DNA from: the human T2T-CHM13v2.0 reference genome, Homo sapiens
Assembly: GCF_009914755.1 (NCBI RefSeq)
Contig: NC_060943.1
DNA: 64,000 nt
Direction: 5' to 3' (one strand)
In this document: in pieces, positions 1 through 22,305 of the stretch
Numbering within the stretch: position 1 is the first letter of the stretch
How the letters are laid out: each line of letters begins with the position of its first letter
Position numbers and translations under genes: made by a program
The notes under the pieces: generated by a model
The model's database searches: none
What the model saw: the letters and a program-made list of their open reading frames with translations, nothing else
What the model was told of the DNA's origin: nothing

Positions 1-902
1 GTATATATTTTAGAGGGTTTTCATCGACACGCTTGTTCCCAGGGCCCCTAGCGTGTCGCACACTTGTTCCCAGATCCCCCAGCATGTCCCCACTTCCACC
101 TGAAGGTAGGGAAAACAAGAAAGGGAGAACTTTATTGAAGGGCATGACCCAGAAATGGCACACAACTCTTCTGTTCACATACCATTCACCAGAACATGCT
201 CACGTGACTACAGCTGCTGCAAGGAAGGCTGGGAAATTTAGTCTTTATTCCAGGCAACCATTGGCCAAACTTAAACTCCTCTAACTATGAAAGGACTCGT
301 AGATTGGGGAGGCACCACTAGCTTCTCTGCCATATATATTTACAACCCCAATAGTTGCTTCCTCTGCTAAGGCAGGTACATTATCACATAGTAGGAGGAA
401 GCAGACCAAACTGTAGTCGTTCTGGAGACAGGTAAATCCAAAAATGGGAGGAGAGGATCTGAGCCAAGTAAGCTCATTTTCTTCTCCCAGACTCATCAAA
501 CTCATAGCAGGGGACAAAAGCCAAAAGTTTTATTCCAACTTCAGATTTCTAACTGGGGCAGTATTAATATTTTAGCTGAGACAAGTTTCTGTTGTATGGG
601 ACAGTCCCACCTATTATTGCAGGAGGTTTTGCCCAATAAATGTCACTACTGTTTCATCCTCAGGCATTGTGACAACCAAACTGTAGGAAGATGGGCTGGG
701 CACAGTGGCTCATGCCTATAATCCCGGTGCTTTGGGAGGCTGAGGTGGGAGGATTACTTGAGGCCCTGAGTTCAAAACCAGCCTGAGCAACAAAATGAGA
801 TCCCATCTCCACACACACACACAAAATCAAATTGTAGGAAGAGATTTCCAAAACCTCTAGGAGGGGCAGGGGATGCCTTCGACTGGGAAATATAGGGGCA
901 TT

Positions 903-1791
<889 letters not shown>

Positions 1792-2249
1792 TGTCCTTCT
1801 CATAGAGATGTGAGAAATGTAGGATTCCCTCACACAGGGCAGGAGAAATGATGACTGATGGTACAGGGACTCAAGGAGCCGGGAGAACAGGTCTTGACCT
1901 TGAATGTCAGTAAATTCATTGTCTGAGAATGGGAGGAAGGAAGTGAGACTGGCTCACAAGTTTATGGGTGGGGGCAGGAAATAAAATGTGTTCAGACCCA
2001 GTGAGTGAAATTTAACCAGAGGAAGCTGAGCTGGTTCTTGGGTATAATTATGAGTGATCTAGGCTTTGTATATGGCAGTGAAGGCTGGAATGGCTGCTGA
2101 GAAAATTGGAACCAGGAACTGACCAACGAGAAATAAACAGATTTCCAGAGATTGCTCAAGGTCTGTTTGAAGCTGGGCACATGGATTTGTGGAATATGAT
2201 GAGGTTTTTTTTTTTTTAAATAACCCAATCAATCTTTTATTTTTTAATT

Positions 2250-2678
2250 TATAGTAACCCCCTTTTATTTTTTGCCTTTGTTAAATGCCCAGACATGCCA
2301 CAGTACCAAGCATTATCAATACCAACTCACATTCCTTTCCTTATTTAAAAAAAAAACTAACTTTCTAACTCATTACAAACACCCCTTCCCCTTTCCTCTC
2401 CACTTTCTTTTACGTGCCCACCTTATCTAAAAAAAAACCAAACGTTTAGCCAACCAAAATTAGTTTAAATTGTACGACCCAACCCCAGCCAATGGGGAAA
2501 GGGTAAAAGAGCAAGACTTGCATGAAAAATAGACTCTCGTGCCCCTTTGCTCAGGTATGCTCTCATGGCAACTGGCCAAAGAGACACCCACCCCTCTGCA
2601 CAAAAATAAAATTGCTTTGCTAAAAATCCTTTGTTCAAGTGTTCAATTTCCTTAAAATTTTAAACGTTATTCCTAACA
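2250..2678 (+). mobile_element. ERV1 LTR fragment (LTR10-like), strongly G-depleted
   Basis: CCAAT box, ends ...ttattcctaaca; A-runs where G-containing motifs are expected. Confidence 0.55.
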
Positions 2679-3448
2679 GATTCAAAGTGGTTCCAGGATG
2701 GAAGGGCAAGTTCAACCTGTTTGTTCCTTCAACCTGGAATGCACTTCCCCACAGCCCCACACTCTCACCCAACACCGACCTCTCTTCACCTATCACAGAG
2801 CCAAACTCAGGATCCCAGGTCCAAATCCCTAAGTCCAAATCCTGATTTTGCCACTTACTTGAGCGTGAACTTGGACAATTTATTTAACCTCCATGAATCT
2901 CTGTTTCCTCATGTAAAAAAATGGAAGCAATTTCTACCAGCTAGGGATGTTAGGAGACCCAAATGACTTTAAAAGGTTGTTGCACTTAAGAACACAGCCT
3001 CCAGAGCCTGATACCTGGTTCTGCCCAGTTATTCAGCAGCTTCGTGGCCTGGATAAGTCACTTAACCTCTCTGAGCCTCAGTTTCCTTTTCTGCAATAGG
3101 AGAACGGCAGCACCTGCCTCACAGCGTTGTTGAAAGGATAAAAGAGCTAAACGATGTAAAGTGTGAAGTTACATAAACGAATATATGTAATGCTAATCTA
3201 TGCAAAGAGTAGGACTGGGCTCAGAGCCAAGTTCTCCATAAATACTAGCAATTGTCATGACTATTTCCTCCATATGGGCTCCTGCTCTTTCAGTGACACA
3301 CAAAAAAATTCCACATGGTATGTGGACAGATATGTTTTATTTTCATTTTGTTACTGTCATCTACATTTAAATATAATTAGCATATTCATATATAATTTCG
3401 TGGGTGTTATTGTTTAAAAAAATGAGTGAACTTATTTTAGATGAGTCA

Positions 3449-7391
<3,943 letters not shown>

Positions 7392-8264
7392 TCACTAGGG
7401 ACATAGCCACAAGCCAGACAACATCCCTGCCCTCCTGGATCTGATATTCAAGTCGGAGAGGTGGGACTAAGGAGGGAGAGACAGATAATACAAGTGGACA
7501 AATAAATAAATCATCTAAAATAGCGGTAAATGATGTAAAGAAAACAAAACAGTGTGGCTTGCTAGCAAAGAGGTGGGGAACTGAGTTGCAGCAGGCATTA
7601 AGAAAGGCCTTTTTGATAGAGTGATGTGTGTGAATTAAGCCAAAATAATAAGATACAGTCAGCTTTGAGATTACATGAGTAAGGTTCTAAGGAGAGGGAA
7701 CGGCTCATGCAAAGCCCCTGAGCTGGTGCCTCCAAAAACTGGCAGAAAGCCCCTGTGAACGGTTGTGTGATGGTAGGTGAGTTACTTAGCCCCTGTGCAC
7801 CACGAGAAAATGGGGATGCTCATATCTACCCCTCGAGGTTGCTATGAGGATTCAAATTAGGCAACCCTGTTACAAGGTTAATGCTGTGTCCGGCATATAG
7901 TAGGTGTTCAATAAACACCAGCTATTAGTTTGAGTAATATAATTATTAATTTGAGGAGGAAAGAATGGACCTGGGGAGTGAGAAGGGTGAGGAAAAAGTA
8001 GCTAGTGTAGCTTATCCTTCTAGAATCTAAAATTCAGGATATAGTCTGAGCAAGCTCCTGATAACGGGATTCTAAACATGCCTCCAGGACATCCTAGACA
8101 CCAAATTATAATTAGCATTGACTTCATAGTGACTGCCATTCGTTGAGCGCCTACTACGTGACCAGGCACTACTCCAAGCACCTTGTGTCCACGGCCCTGT
8201 CTGACTCTGGGGCAGGCACTATTATTAACGCCTCCATTTTACAGAGGAGAAAAGCTGTGGTTCA

Positions 8265-8325
8265 GAGTCCAAAGCCCCGTCACCTCCTACCAGGTTGACC
8301 TTTGGCCATTCCTTGCCTTTGATGT
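8265..8325 (+). promoter_or_regulatory. Candidate IGSF23 proximal promoter motifs: two HNF4-like DR1 sites and a TCF/LEF site
   Basis: GAGTCCAAAGCCC 8265-8277, TGACCTTTGGCCA 8296-8308 and CCTTTGATGT 8316-8325, all within 130 bp upstream of the ATG at 8391. Confidence 0.5.
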
Positions 8326-8390
8326 GAGTGATAGGAGCGGGCGATTCTGCTTCTCCCTCCATCTCCCGGCGGGGATTGTACGGTGAGAGA

Positions 8391-8515
8391 ATGAGAGCAA
8401 AACCTCAGAGCCCCCTTCCCAGGAACCCTGTCCCAGCCTGGTCCCCACCCACCACCACCACTGACCCGATGCTAGAGAAGGATGCGGCTGGAGGTGACTT
8501 CCCAGCCAACTTGGT
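8391..8515 (+). CDS. IGSF23: IGSF23 coding exon 1 (MRAKPQSPLPRNPVPAW...DFPANLV), no signal peptide
   Basis: ATG at 8391; donor ttggt|gtaagt (phase 2). Joined to 18439, 22152 and 30133 it gives 125+266+154+34=579 nt = 192 aa + stop, matching the recalled human IGSF23 protein. Confidence 0.9.
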
Positions 8516-8672
8516 GTAAGTCATGTGGGGAAGTGGCCAGGGTAGGGCATGGTCATCGTGAGCAGGGTCCTGCAGGGTGAGGCCGGGGCTGCAGACGCGA
8601 CTGTACAGGTCTATGAAGACCCCATGTGTGATGAGGAGACCTTCTCTGCACAGTCCCTGGACAGAACACGAG

Positions 8673-8736
8673 ATGAGGGGTCCTCTGGACGTCAGCTCCA
8701 GCCACACCCCTACCTGGAGGAAGCTGCTTTTAACAG
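8673..8736 (+). pseudogene. Cryptic CEACAM-type leader exon MRGPLDVSSSHTPTWRKLLLT(G)
   Basis: 64 coding nt (21 codons +1), Trp15 and LLLT at 18-21, in the same register as the CEACAM1 leader MGHLSAPLHRVRVPWQGLLLT; phase-1 donor aacag|gtgcgt. Confidence 0.8.
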
Positions 8737-9135
8737 GTGCGTTGGAGACAGCGGCTTCACCACGGGCCAGGGACAAGGAGGAGAGTGTCTCCTTACGAGT
8801 CCAAGTCACCCCCACTCAGAGCTTTGACCCTGTCAGTTTGAGGCCCATGCAGCTCAGGCACCCAACTCATGAGAACTCTTGAAGGCCACTCCGCCACAAG
8901 AGATGACCCTATTGGCTTCTTTTAGGAAGAAGGGAAGTGAGGCGCAAAGAGGAGAACAGGTCACCTACCCAAGATCACAGGGCTGGCAAGGGGCAGGATC
9001 AGAATTTGGGACCCCAGCCCAGCCCCCTTCCACCAGAATGCCCTGTCTCACCCCTGCAATCCGCAACTTAGTAATAATACATATAAATAATAACAATCAT
9101 AAAATAATAACAGCCGTAATAGAAGGTCACTGTAA

Positions 9136-11957
<2,822 letters not shown>

Positions 11958-12821
11958 ACTCTTATATTAAAAAAAAAAAAAAAATGCCTATCAGGAGTGA
12001 AAGGATTAGGTGTGGTGCCCAAGAGACGCAGGGATTCTTTTTGGGATGACGAAAATGTCCTTAAATTGCTTGAGGTGATGGTTGCCCAATTCTGTGAGTA
12101 TACTAAAAGCTCTTGAATTGTACGCTTTAAATGAGTAAATTATTGGCTAAGAAAGTAGATTTTATGTGTTCTCACCACAAAAAAAATAAGTACATGAGGT
12201 AATGCATATGTTAATTAGCTCAATTTAGCCATTCCACAATGTATATGTATTTTAAAACATCACATTGTACACCATAAATATACACAATTTGTATTTGTTA
12301 ATTTTAAAAAGAAAAAATAGTGGCAAGGTTATAACTTAATCAGTGTCCAGAACAAACATTATGTCACCCTTTAAAAATGTACCATTCACATTGATTTATA
12401 ACCCTTTATTATTTCTAAATAAGGTGGTGAGAAAATGTTGGGTGAGGGGTTGGGTAGGAGTAAATGGAGCGAAGCAGATCCCAGAACCAGAAGACATTAG
12501 TAGTATATGGAGAGAGACACTCAACAGGAGCTGTGGGCTGGAACAGAAGGACCCAGCCAACTGTAGGACTAATCCCTTCAAGCTTACTCCCCCGCTGCCC
12601 TCTCCTCTTCTGCCAACGTGCCCACTGACAGAAACCAACCAGCAGCAAAAGGTAAGGGGACCCCAACAACACAGCTCAGAGAAGTCAGCCTTTCAGGCAG
12701 CAGAGTGGAGCAGAGAAGGGTAGAAAACCAATTTTTGCAACATCCAGTATAATATACGTGCGTGCTTCAAGGGGTCAAGGAGAGGAATCAATGATTCCTC
12801 CTCCTTCCCTGCTCTTCCAAG

Positions 12822-13162
12822 GCGCCCTGCTCACATCCTGCACCTGCTCTGCCTTCTCGGAGCTGCCCTTCTCGGCACAGCTGAACACCTTGACCGAAGG
12901 AGCCAGTGTCCATCTTCCTGTCCCCGGAAGGCTTGAAGGCATTCTCACCACGTCTTGGTTCTGAGGGTATGACGCCCAGCCAGCAGCCATGATATTCTCC
13001 CCGAAGGGCCTCCCAGGACCTGCTCACACTGGCCGGGAGATGCTGGGAACCCAAGGCAGCCTGGTCATTAGAAAATGACGGCTCAGGACTCGGGCAGCTA
13101 CACCGTCGTGCTGGAAACCAGCAGGGGACACAGGAGTGTGACGGAGCAGATCCATGTCAAGA
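12822..13162 (+). pseudogene. Disabled CEACAM N-domain (IgV, Cys-less) exon in IGSF23 intron 1
   Basis: Pyrimidine tract and ccaag|gc acceptor. Translation (G)ALLTSCTCSAFSELPFSAQLNTLTEGASVHL...SWF*GYD...PGPAHTGRE...GSLVIR[-1 nt]MTAQDSGSYTVVLETSRGHRSVTEQIHVK. TGA at 12962, frameshift near 13073, donor aag a|gtgagt (phase 1). Confidence 0.88.
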
Positions 13163-13249
13163 GTGAGTGGGGCCCCGCAGTGGGAGGGGCTGACTTCTCA
13201 GAAAGCAGACCCACTGGACCTCAGAAGAGCCCACCAGGACACTTTGCAT

Positions 13250-14670
13250 GCTGGTTATCCATTGCTCCCCAATAAACCACCCCAAAACTTAAAACATCAA
13301 TCACTTATCTAGCTGGACAGTTGTTGTGTTCAGCTGTTGGGGTGTCTGGGTGTTGGCTGGTCCAGAATGACCTCCTTCATGTGCCTGGCCATGGACCAGC
13401 TGGTGGCTGGAGTGATGGGGATGAGTGGGCCACATAGCCTCCCAACCTCCAGCAGGCTATCCCAGGCTTGTTCACTCAGCAATGGAAGAGGAACAAGAGG
13501 TAAAGCTGCAAAACTCCTTCAGGCCCAGGCTCAAAACTGACCACCATCACTTCTGCCACCTTCTATTGGTCAAAGCAAGTCACATGGCCAGCCCAGCTTC
13601 AACAGGAAGGAAAAAGGCCCCACCTCTTAAGGAGAGGAGTTGCAATGTGTTGTGGCTATTTTTTGTCGTTGTGTTAGATTGTTCTTCCATTGCTATAAAG
13701 ACATACCTGAGACTGGGTTATTTATTTAAAAAAAAAAAAAAAGAAGAAGACGTTTGATTGGCTCATGGTTCCACAGGTGGAAGTGTAATGCCAGCATCTG
13801 CTCAGCTTCTAAGGAGCCCTCAGGGAGCTTTTAATCATAGCGAAGGCAAAGGAGGAGCAGGTGTCTCCCGTGAGAACAGGAGCAAGAGAAAGAGAGAGTC
13901 AGAGAGGAAGTGCCACATTTTACAACAATCAGATCTCATGAGAACTCACTACCATGAGGACAGCGTCAAGCCATAAGGGATCCGCCCCTGTGGCCCAAAC
14001 ACCTTTACTGAGGCCCCACCACCAACACTGGGGATCGCATTTCAACATGAGATTTTGGCAGGGATAAATATCCACATTATAACAGCCAAGACTTGCAACA
14101 GACATTCATGAGATACGCATTCATCATCACTTGGGAAAGGTAGAGAAGGTCTGGTAGCAGCCTTCAACCTCATCTATATTTTTATCACCTGGACTCAAAC
14201 TTTCATATCTGAATTAGGAAAACAAAGCCCTGAGAGTAACCAGACCCATCCTCCTTTTAGAAGATAGTCCAGAGACTGTCCTAGTCGGCTCGGGCAAAAT
14301 ACTCTAGGCTTAATCAACAGAAACTTATTCCCTCACAGTTCTGAAGGATGGATTGCAAGATGAAGCTGCTGGCAGGTTTCATCTCCTCTGAGGCCTCTCT
14401 TTTTTGACTTGCGGAAGGGTGCCTTCTCATTCTGTCCTTGCATGGTCTTTCTTCTGTGTGTGCACATCCCTGGTGTCTCTCTGTGTGTCCAAACTTCCTC
14501 TTCTTATAAGGGCACCAGTCAGGTTGGATTAGGACCCACCCTAACAACTTCATTCTAACTTAATCACCTCGTTAAAGACCTTATCTCCAAATACGGTCAC
14601 ATTCTGAGGTACTGGGGGTTAGGGTTTCAACATATATGTTTGGTGGGGGACTCAATTCAGTTCATAACAG
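13250..14670 (-). mobile_element. MaLR cluster: MLT1-type fragment, MST element (~13672-14084) and MLT1A/B (~14277-14670)
   Basis: Typical MaLR motifs (ttgctataaagacatacctgagactggg; ctcacagttctg...gagg; attaggacccaccctaa). Confidence 0.7.
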
Positions 14671-14733
14671 AGATCAACTTAGTTAGGGTTCAGATTCTGA
14701 TGCTCTAACAAAGACTCAAAAAGTTCCAGTGTC

Positions 14734-16956
<2,223 letters not shown>

Positions 16957-18438
16957 GAGCCCAATCCAGGTGGCTGTTATATTGCCTCTTGTTTGTACAC
17001 CTAGTGGGCTCTTTCTCCTCCTTCAAGGCTTAACTCAGACACCTCCTCCAGGAAGCCTTTCATGAGGTCTCTGGTTGTGCTAAAGTTCTTTTCACTTATA
17101 ACATTGCATTGAAATCAGAAATCAGCTCTAAGTGGAAGTTCCCAGCACAGTCTGGGAGTTCAAATCCCAGATGTGTCCCTACTAGACCACGAAGCCTGGC
17201 CCTAATGAGCCCCAAACCTCAGAGCCTTTCACCTGAAAAATGCAGACAAGAAGTGGGGACCTCTTGGGTCACCTCCTCGCTGGGCTGTTTCCACTCCTCC
17301 AAACTTAAAGTCAAGTTCTCACATGATAGCCAGAGTGAGCCTGTTCAAACCTAAGCCAGCTCACGTCCCTCCTCTGGGCAGTCCTCCCATGGGTCCTACT
17401 GCACTCAGAGTCAAAATCAGAGTCCTCACCCTGGCCCAGGAAACCCCAGCATGATCTGCTCCCATTATCTCTCTGACTTCTTCTCCCAGCCCTCTCTCCC
17501 TTTCCCTCCTCTCTATGCCCACCTTGGCTCACACCCATCTCAGGGCCTTTTACTTGGTGTTCCCTCTGTCTGGAACATTTTTTTCTTAGGAATCCACATG
17601 GCTTATTCCTCTGCTTCTTCAGGACTCTGCTCAAACATAACCTCCCCAAAGAGGTCCTCCTTGACCCACCTTACCTGAAACGGGTTTACCCCACCCCCAG
17701 TCCAACCCCACAGCCCTGTGCAGTTTTCCTCACAGCCCTTACCACCACTATATATACTTGTCAGTTTGTTGACCCTCTCCTCACTCAGTCGTAAGTTTCA
17801 TGAGGGCAGCAACAGCGTCTGTTTAATCACTGCTGAGCCCCCGAGTCCTAGAGCCTTAGAGTCCTAGATTTGGTTCACCCAGATCCAGAGGCGAGGATTC
17901 AAGGACAGATAGTCTGTTTGGGAGGTGCAAGGAACTCGAGAGTGGGGAAGTTAGGCAGAGAAGGCAGGAAATAATAAAAGCTGTGTTCCCAAGCTGGTTA
18001 CCATGGGCAACTGGAGCACAGTCCCATTGGGGAACTCAGGCCCTGGTGTGGAATGACTCTGCAGAGTTATCCCACATAGCAGAGAGGGAGCTGGGGAATT
18101 TATATACCAACGTGTCCTGGCATTGTGGAGGGCTGCTCCCTGATGTGCTCATTCCCCAGCACTTCCAGCCTGCTGCCTCCATGGGCAGAGTAGGCTTTGG
18201 CCACCAGTGAAAGTCCTCAGGCAACGGGATGCAGGTGCTGGCCGTTGGAAGTGGGAAGGGCAAGGGGTTGGACTGGGGGCACTGGGCACAGACCAGGCTC
18301 TTCAAACACATTCATGGGTGAATTAATGAATGAATGAACACATGAAAGAATGGATGTCTCTATGGTGGGCAGAAGAAATGCCCAGCTTTTCTGAGTGGAC
18401 TCCACTCTTGTGGCCTTGTTCCCTGTTTACACAGACAG

Positions 18439-18704
18439 CCTCCAACTAATGCCACTGAAGACATTCCCAGCTGCTATCCGGGGAGTCATCCAGAGTGAGC
18501 TCAACTATTCTGTGATCCTGCAGTGGGTGGTGACAATGGACCCTGAGCCTGTGCTGAGCTGGACCTTCAGTGGGGTGCCCTGTGGGATGGGAGAGAAGCT
18601 GTTCATCCGACGGTTGTCCTGTGAGCAGCTGGGCACCTACATGTGCATAGCCACAAACAGCAAGAAACAGCTGGTCTCTGAGCCTGTAACCATCTCGCTG
18701 CCAA
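18439..18704 (+). CDS. IGSF23: IGSF23 coding exon 2, IgC-like domain
   Basis: Acceptor acagacag|cctccaa; encodes LQLMPLKTF...SWTFSG...LFIRRL...GTYMCIATNS...VTISLP; donor cca a|gtgagt (phase 1). Confidence 0.93.
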
Positions 18705-18884
18705 GTGAGTCCCCCATTCCACCCCACCCCACCCCACCCAAGAGCCCTGCACCCTCTCCAGCCTGTGGCAGCCTCTATGATTCCATTAAGCCACCTACTA
18801 TGAGCAGTCCCCTGTGAGACCCTTTATAGGCAAAATGTCATTCCAATGTTCCATCCACCTGGCGGACTGTGGATTATTAGGCCA

Positions 18885-19036
18885 CTTTCTTCTTCTTTCT
18901 TCTTTCCTCTTCTTCTTCTTTTCTTTCTTCTTCTTTTTCTTTCTTCTCCTTCTTTTCCTCCTCCTCCTCCTCCTTCTTCTTCCTTCTTCTTCTCCTTCTC
19001 CTTCTTCTACTTCTTCTTCTTCTTTTTTTTTTTTTT
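18885..19036. repeat. Polypyrimidine (CTT/CCT)n tract
   Basis: ~150 nt almost purely C/T, running into an antisense Alu tail. Confidence 0.9.
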
Positions 19037-19143
19037 GATAGAGTCTTGCTCGGTCACCCAGGCTGGAGTACAGTGCTGTGATCTCAACTCACTGCAACCT
19101 CTGCCTCCCAGGTTCAAGTGATTCTCATGCCTCAGCCTCCTGA

Positions 19144-19380
<237 letters not shown>

Positions 19381-20442
19381 TAGGATCTGGACCAGGCTAC
19401 CTGGGTCCTTGGCTCCAACCATTTGCTTGTTACATGAACATGGGAAGCCTCTTTGCCTCTCTGAGTCTCAGCACATACCTACAAAAAATGCAGATCAAAA
19501 TCTAAGGAGTGGGCCAGGTGCAGTGGCTCACACCTGTAACCCCAGCACTTTGGGAGGCTGAGGCAGGAGGATCACTTGAGCCCAGGAGTTAGAGACCAAC
19601 CTGGACAACATAGTGAGACCCTGTCTCTACCAAAAAAAAAAAAAAAAAAAAAAACTAAAAATTTAATCAGGCATGGTAATGCCACCTGTAGTCCCAGCTG
19701 CAATGGGAGGATCACTTGAGCCCAGGAGTTTAAGGCTACAGTGAGCTGTAATCGCACCACTGCACACCAGCCTGAGTGACAGAGGATGACTGTCTCAAAA
19801 AAAAAATCACCATTGTCATCATCTAAGGAGTGGTTCAAAGCAATGGCTTTGGAATTTGAATCCCTGGCTGTGTGACTCTGAGCCAGTGCCTTGACTTCTC
19901 TGTGCCTCAGTTTCCTCATCTATAACACTGGGAAGATAATAGTGCCTACCCCAGTGTGTAGTTGTGAGCATTCAATGAGATAAGCCGGTGAATAGCTTAA
20001 AACAATAATGTCTAGCACTATCGAACACTAATGAGTGCTCAATAACCGTGAGCCAATAACACTGTTGCAATTAGCATTGTCATTATTAATTGTAGCTATT
20101 ACCATATACAGTCGGTATATGGAGCCCTAGGTGGCAATCAAAATGACAGCAAGTTGTTGAGATCAGAGAAGTGGTTTGGGACCTGGTCAAAACTCAGTTC
20201 AGTCCCTGTTCCCGTGCCTTCCTGGCTGGGTAACTTAGCGCAAGTGACTTCCCCTCTCTGAGCCCCAGTTTCCTCATGTGTATAATGGAGGTAATCCTAT
20301 ATACCTCTTCAGGGTTGTTATAAGGAACGAAAACAAGGGGTGACTGAGTTTGGCAGAACAACTGTCAGGCAGCAGGTGCCTTGAATAGCAGCTGTTATGG
20401 TGAATATTGTTTTTAGTGTGTTATTCATGGAGGGACACATGG

Positions 20443-20802
20443 TGATATGGTTTGGCTGTGTCCCCACCCAAATCTCATCCTGAATTGTAGCTCTCATAAT
20501 CCCCATGTGTCATGAGAGGGACCCGGTAGGAGGTAACTGAATCATGGGGTCAAGTTTTTCCCATGCTGTTCTCGTGATAGTCAATAAGTCTCACGAGTTC
20601 TGATGGTTTTACAAAAGGCAGTTCCCCTGCACACATTCTCTTGCCTGCCGCCATGTAAGACATGCCTTGCTCCTCCTTCACCTTCTGCCATGATTGTGAG
20701 GCCTCCCCAGCCATGTGGAACTGGGAGTCCATTAAACCTCCTTTTTTTTAATAAAGTACCCAGTCTCAGGTATTTCTTCATAGCAGTATGAAAATGGACT
20801 AC
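20443..20802 (+). mobile_element. THE1 (THE1B/C) solo LTR
   Basis: Starts TGATATGGTTTGGCTGTGTCCCCACCCAAATCTCATC; CATGG 5-bp TSD on both sides. Confidence 0.9.
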
Positions 20803-21289
20803 CATGGCTTGGAGTGAACTAGAGGTATGCAGAGGAACTGGCCAGGAGAGAAGAGAGGGAGGGTATTTGGGGTAGGAAAGAATGCATGAGTCAAGGTTCA
20901 GAGCTGGGACATGGAAATGGAATGCGTGATGGGAATCTCAGCTTGGCTGGGTCCCAGAGAACCACCTCACCTCCCTGGCCAGGGTCCAGTGGGAGCTTCA
21001 GGGCTGATGCACTGGGGGAAAAAATGTAAATCTTATATCACCTAGTGACCCTGATATTCAGTGAGAAGGACAATACTTCCAAGACCTCCTTTGCTCATTC
21101 ATCAACTGCCCAGGAAATGTTTATGAGCACTTGCTGTGTGGCCAGCCCACACAGCTGGGAACACTCTGGTGACCAAGACAGCTGCAGCCCTGCCTTCACA
21201 AGACTTACAGTCCAGTGTCCACAGACAGTGATCACCAGAGTGGGCAGGGCTGGGATGGGGGAGCCCAGAGAGCTATGAGACTCAGCCTA

Positions 21290-21991
<702 letters not shown>

Positions 21992-22151
21992 CTAGGGCAG
22001 GAGAGCAGGGAGGAGAGGGGGCCAGAGACCTGGAGGATGGAAGAGAAGGATGGATTGAAGAGACACTTGGGAGGGGGAATGGCAGGAGGGAGGGGTGCAC
22101 AGGGAGGGCGGGCAGATGGCTCCTCCAATCTCACCCCTCCTTGGTCCCCAG

Positions 22152-22305
22152 AACCCATCATGCAGCCCACAGAAGCAGAGCCCATGGAGCCAGACCCCAC
22201 TCTGTCCCTGTCAGGAGGCTCTGCCATCGGGCTCCTTGCGGCTGGGATCCTGGGAGCCGGGGCACTGATTGCAGGCATGTGTTTCATCATCATCCAGAGC
22301 CTAAG
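22152..22305 (+). CDS. IGSF23: IGSF23 coding exon 3, stalk and transmembrane helix
   Basis: Acceptor ccccag|aaccc; hydrophobic SAIGLLAAGILGAGALIAGMCFIII; donor ctaag|gtacc (phase 2). Confidence 0.93.

Noticed and set aside
13075-13162. Internal ATG (MTAQDSG...) as a start for an alternative IGSF23 isoform
   Set aside because: In frame with 18435, but it lies behind upstream ATGs and stops and would encode only a fragment of the V domain; no evidence of use.
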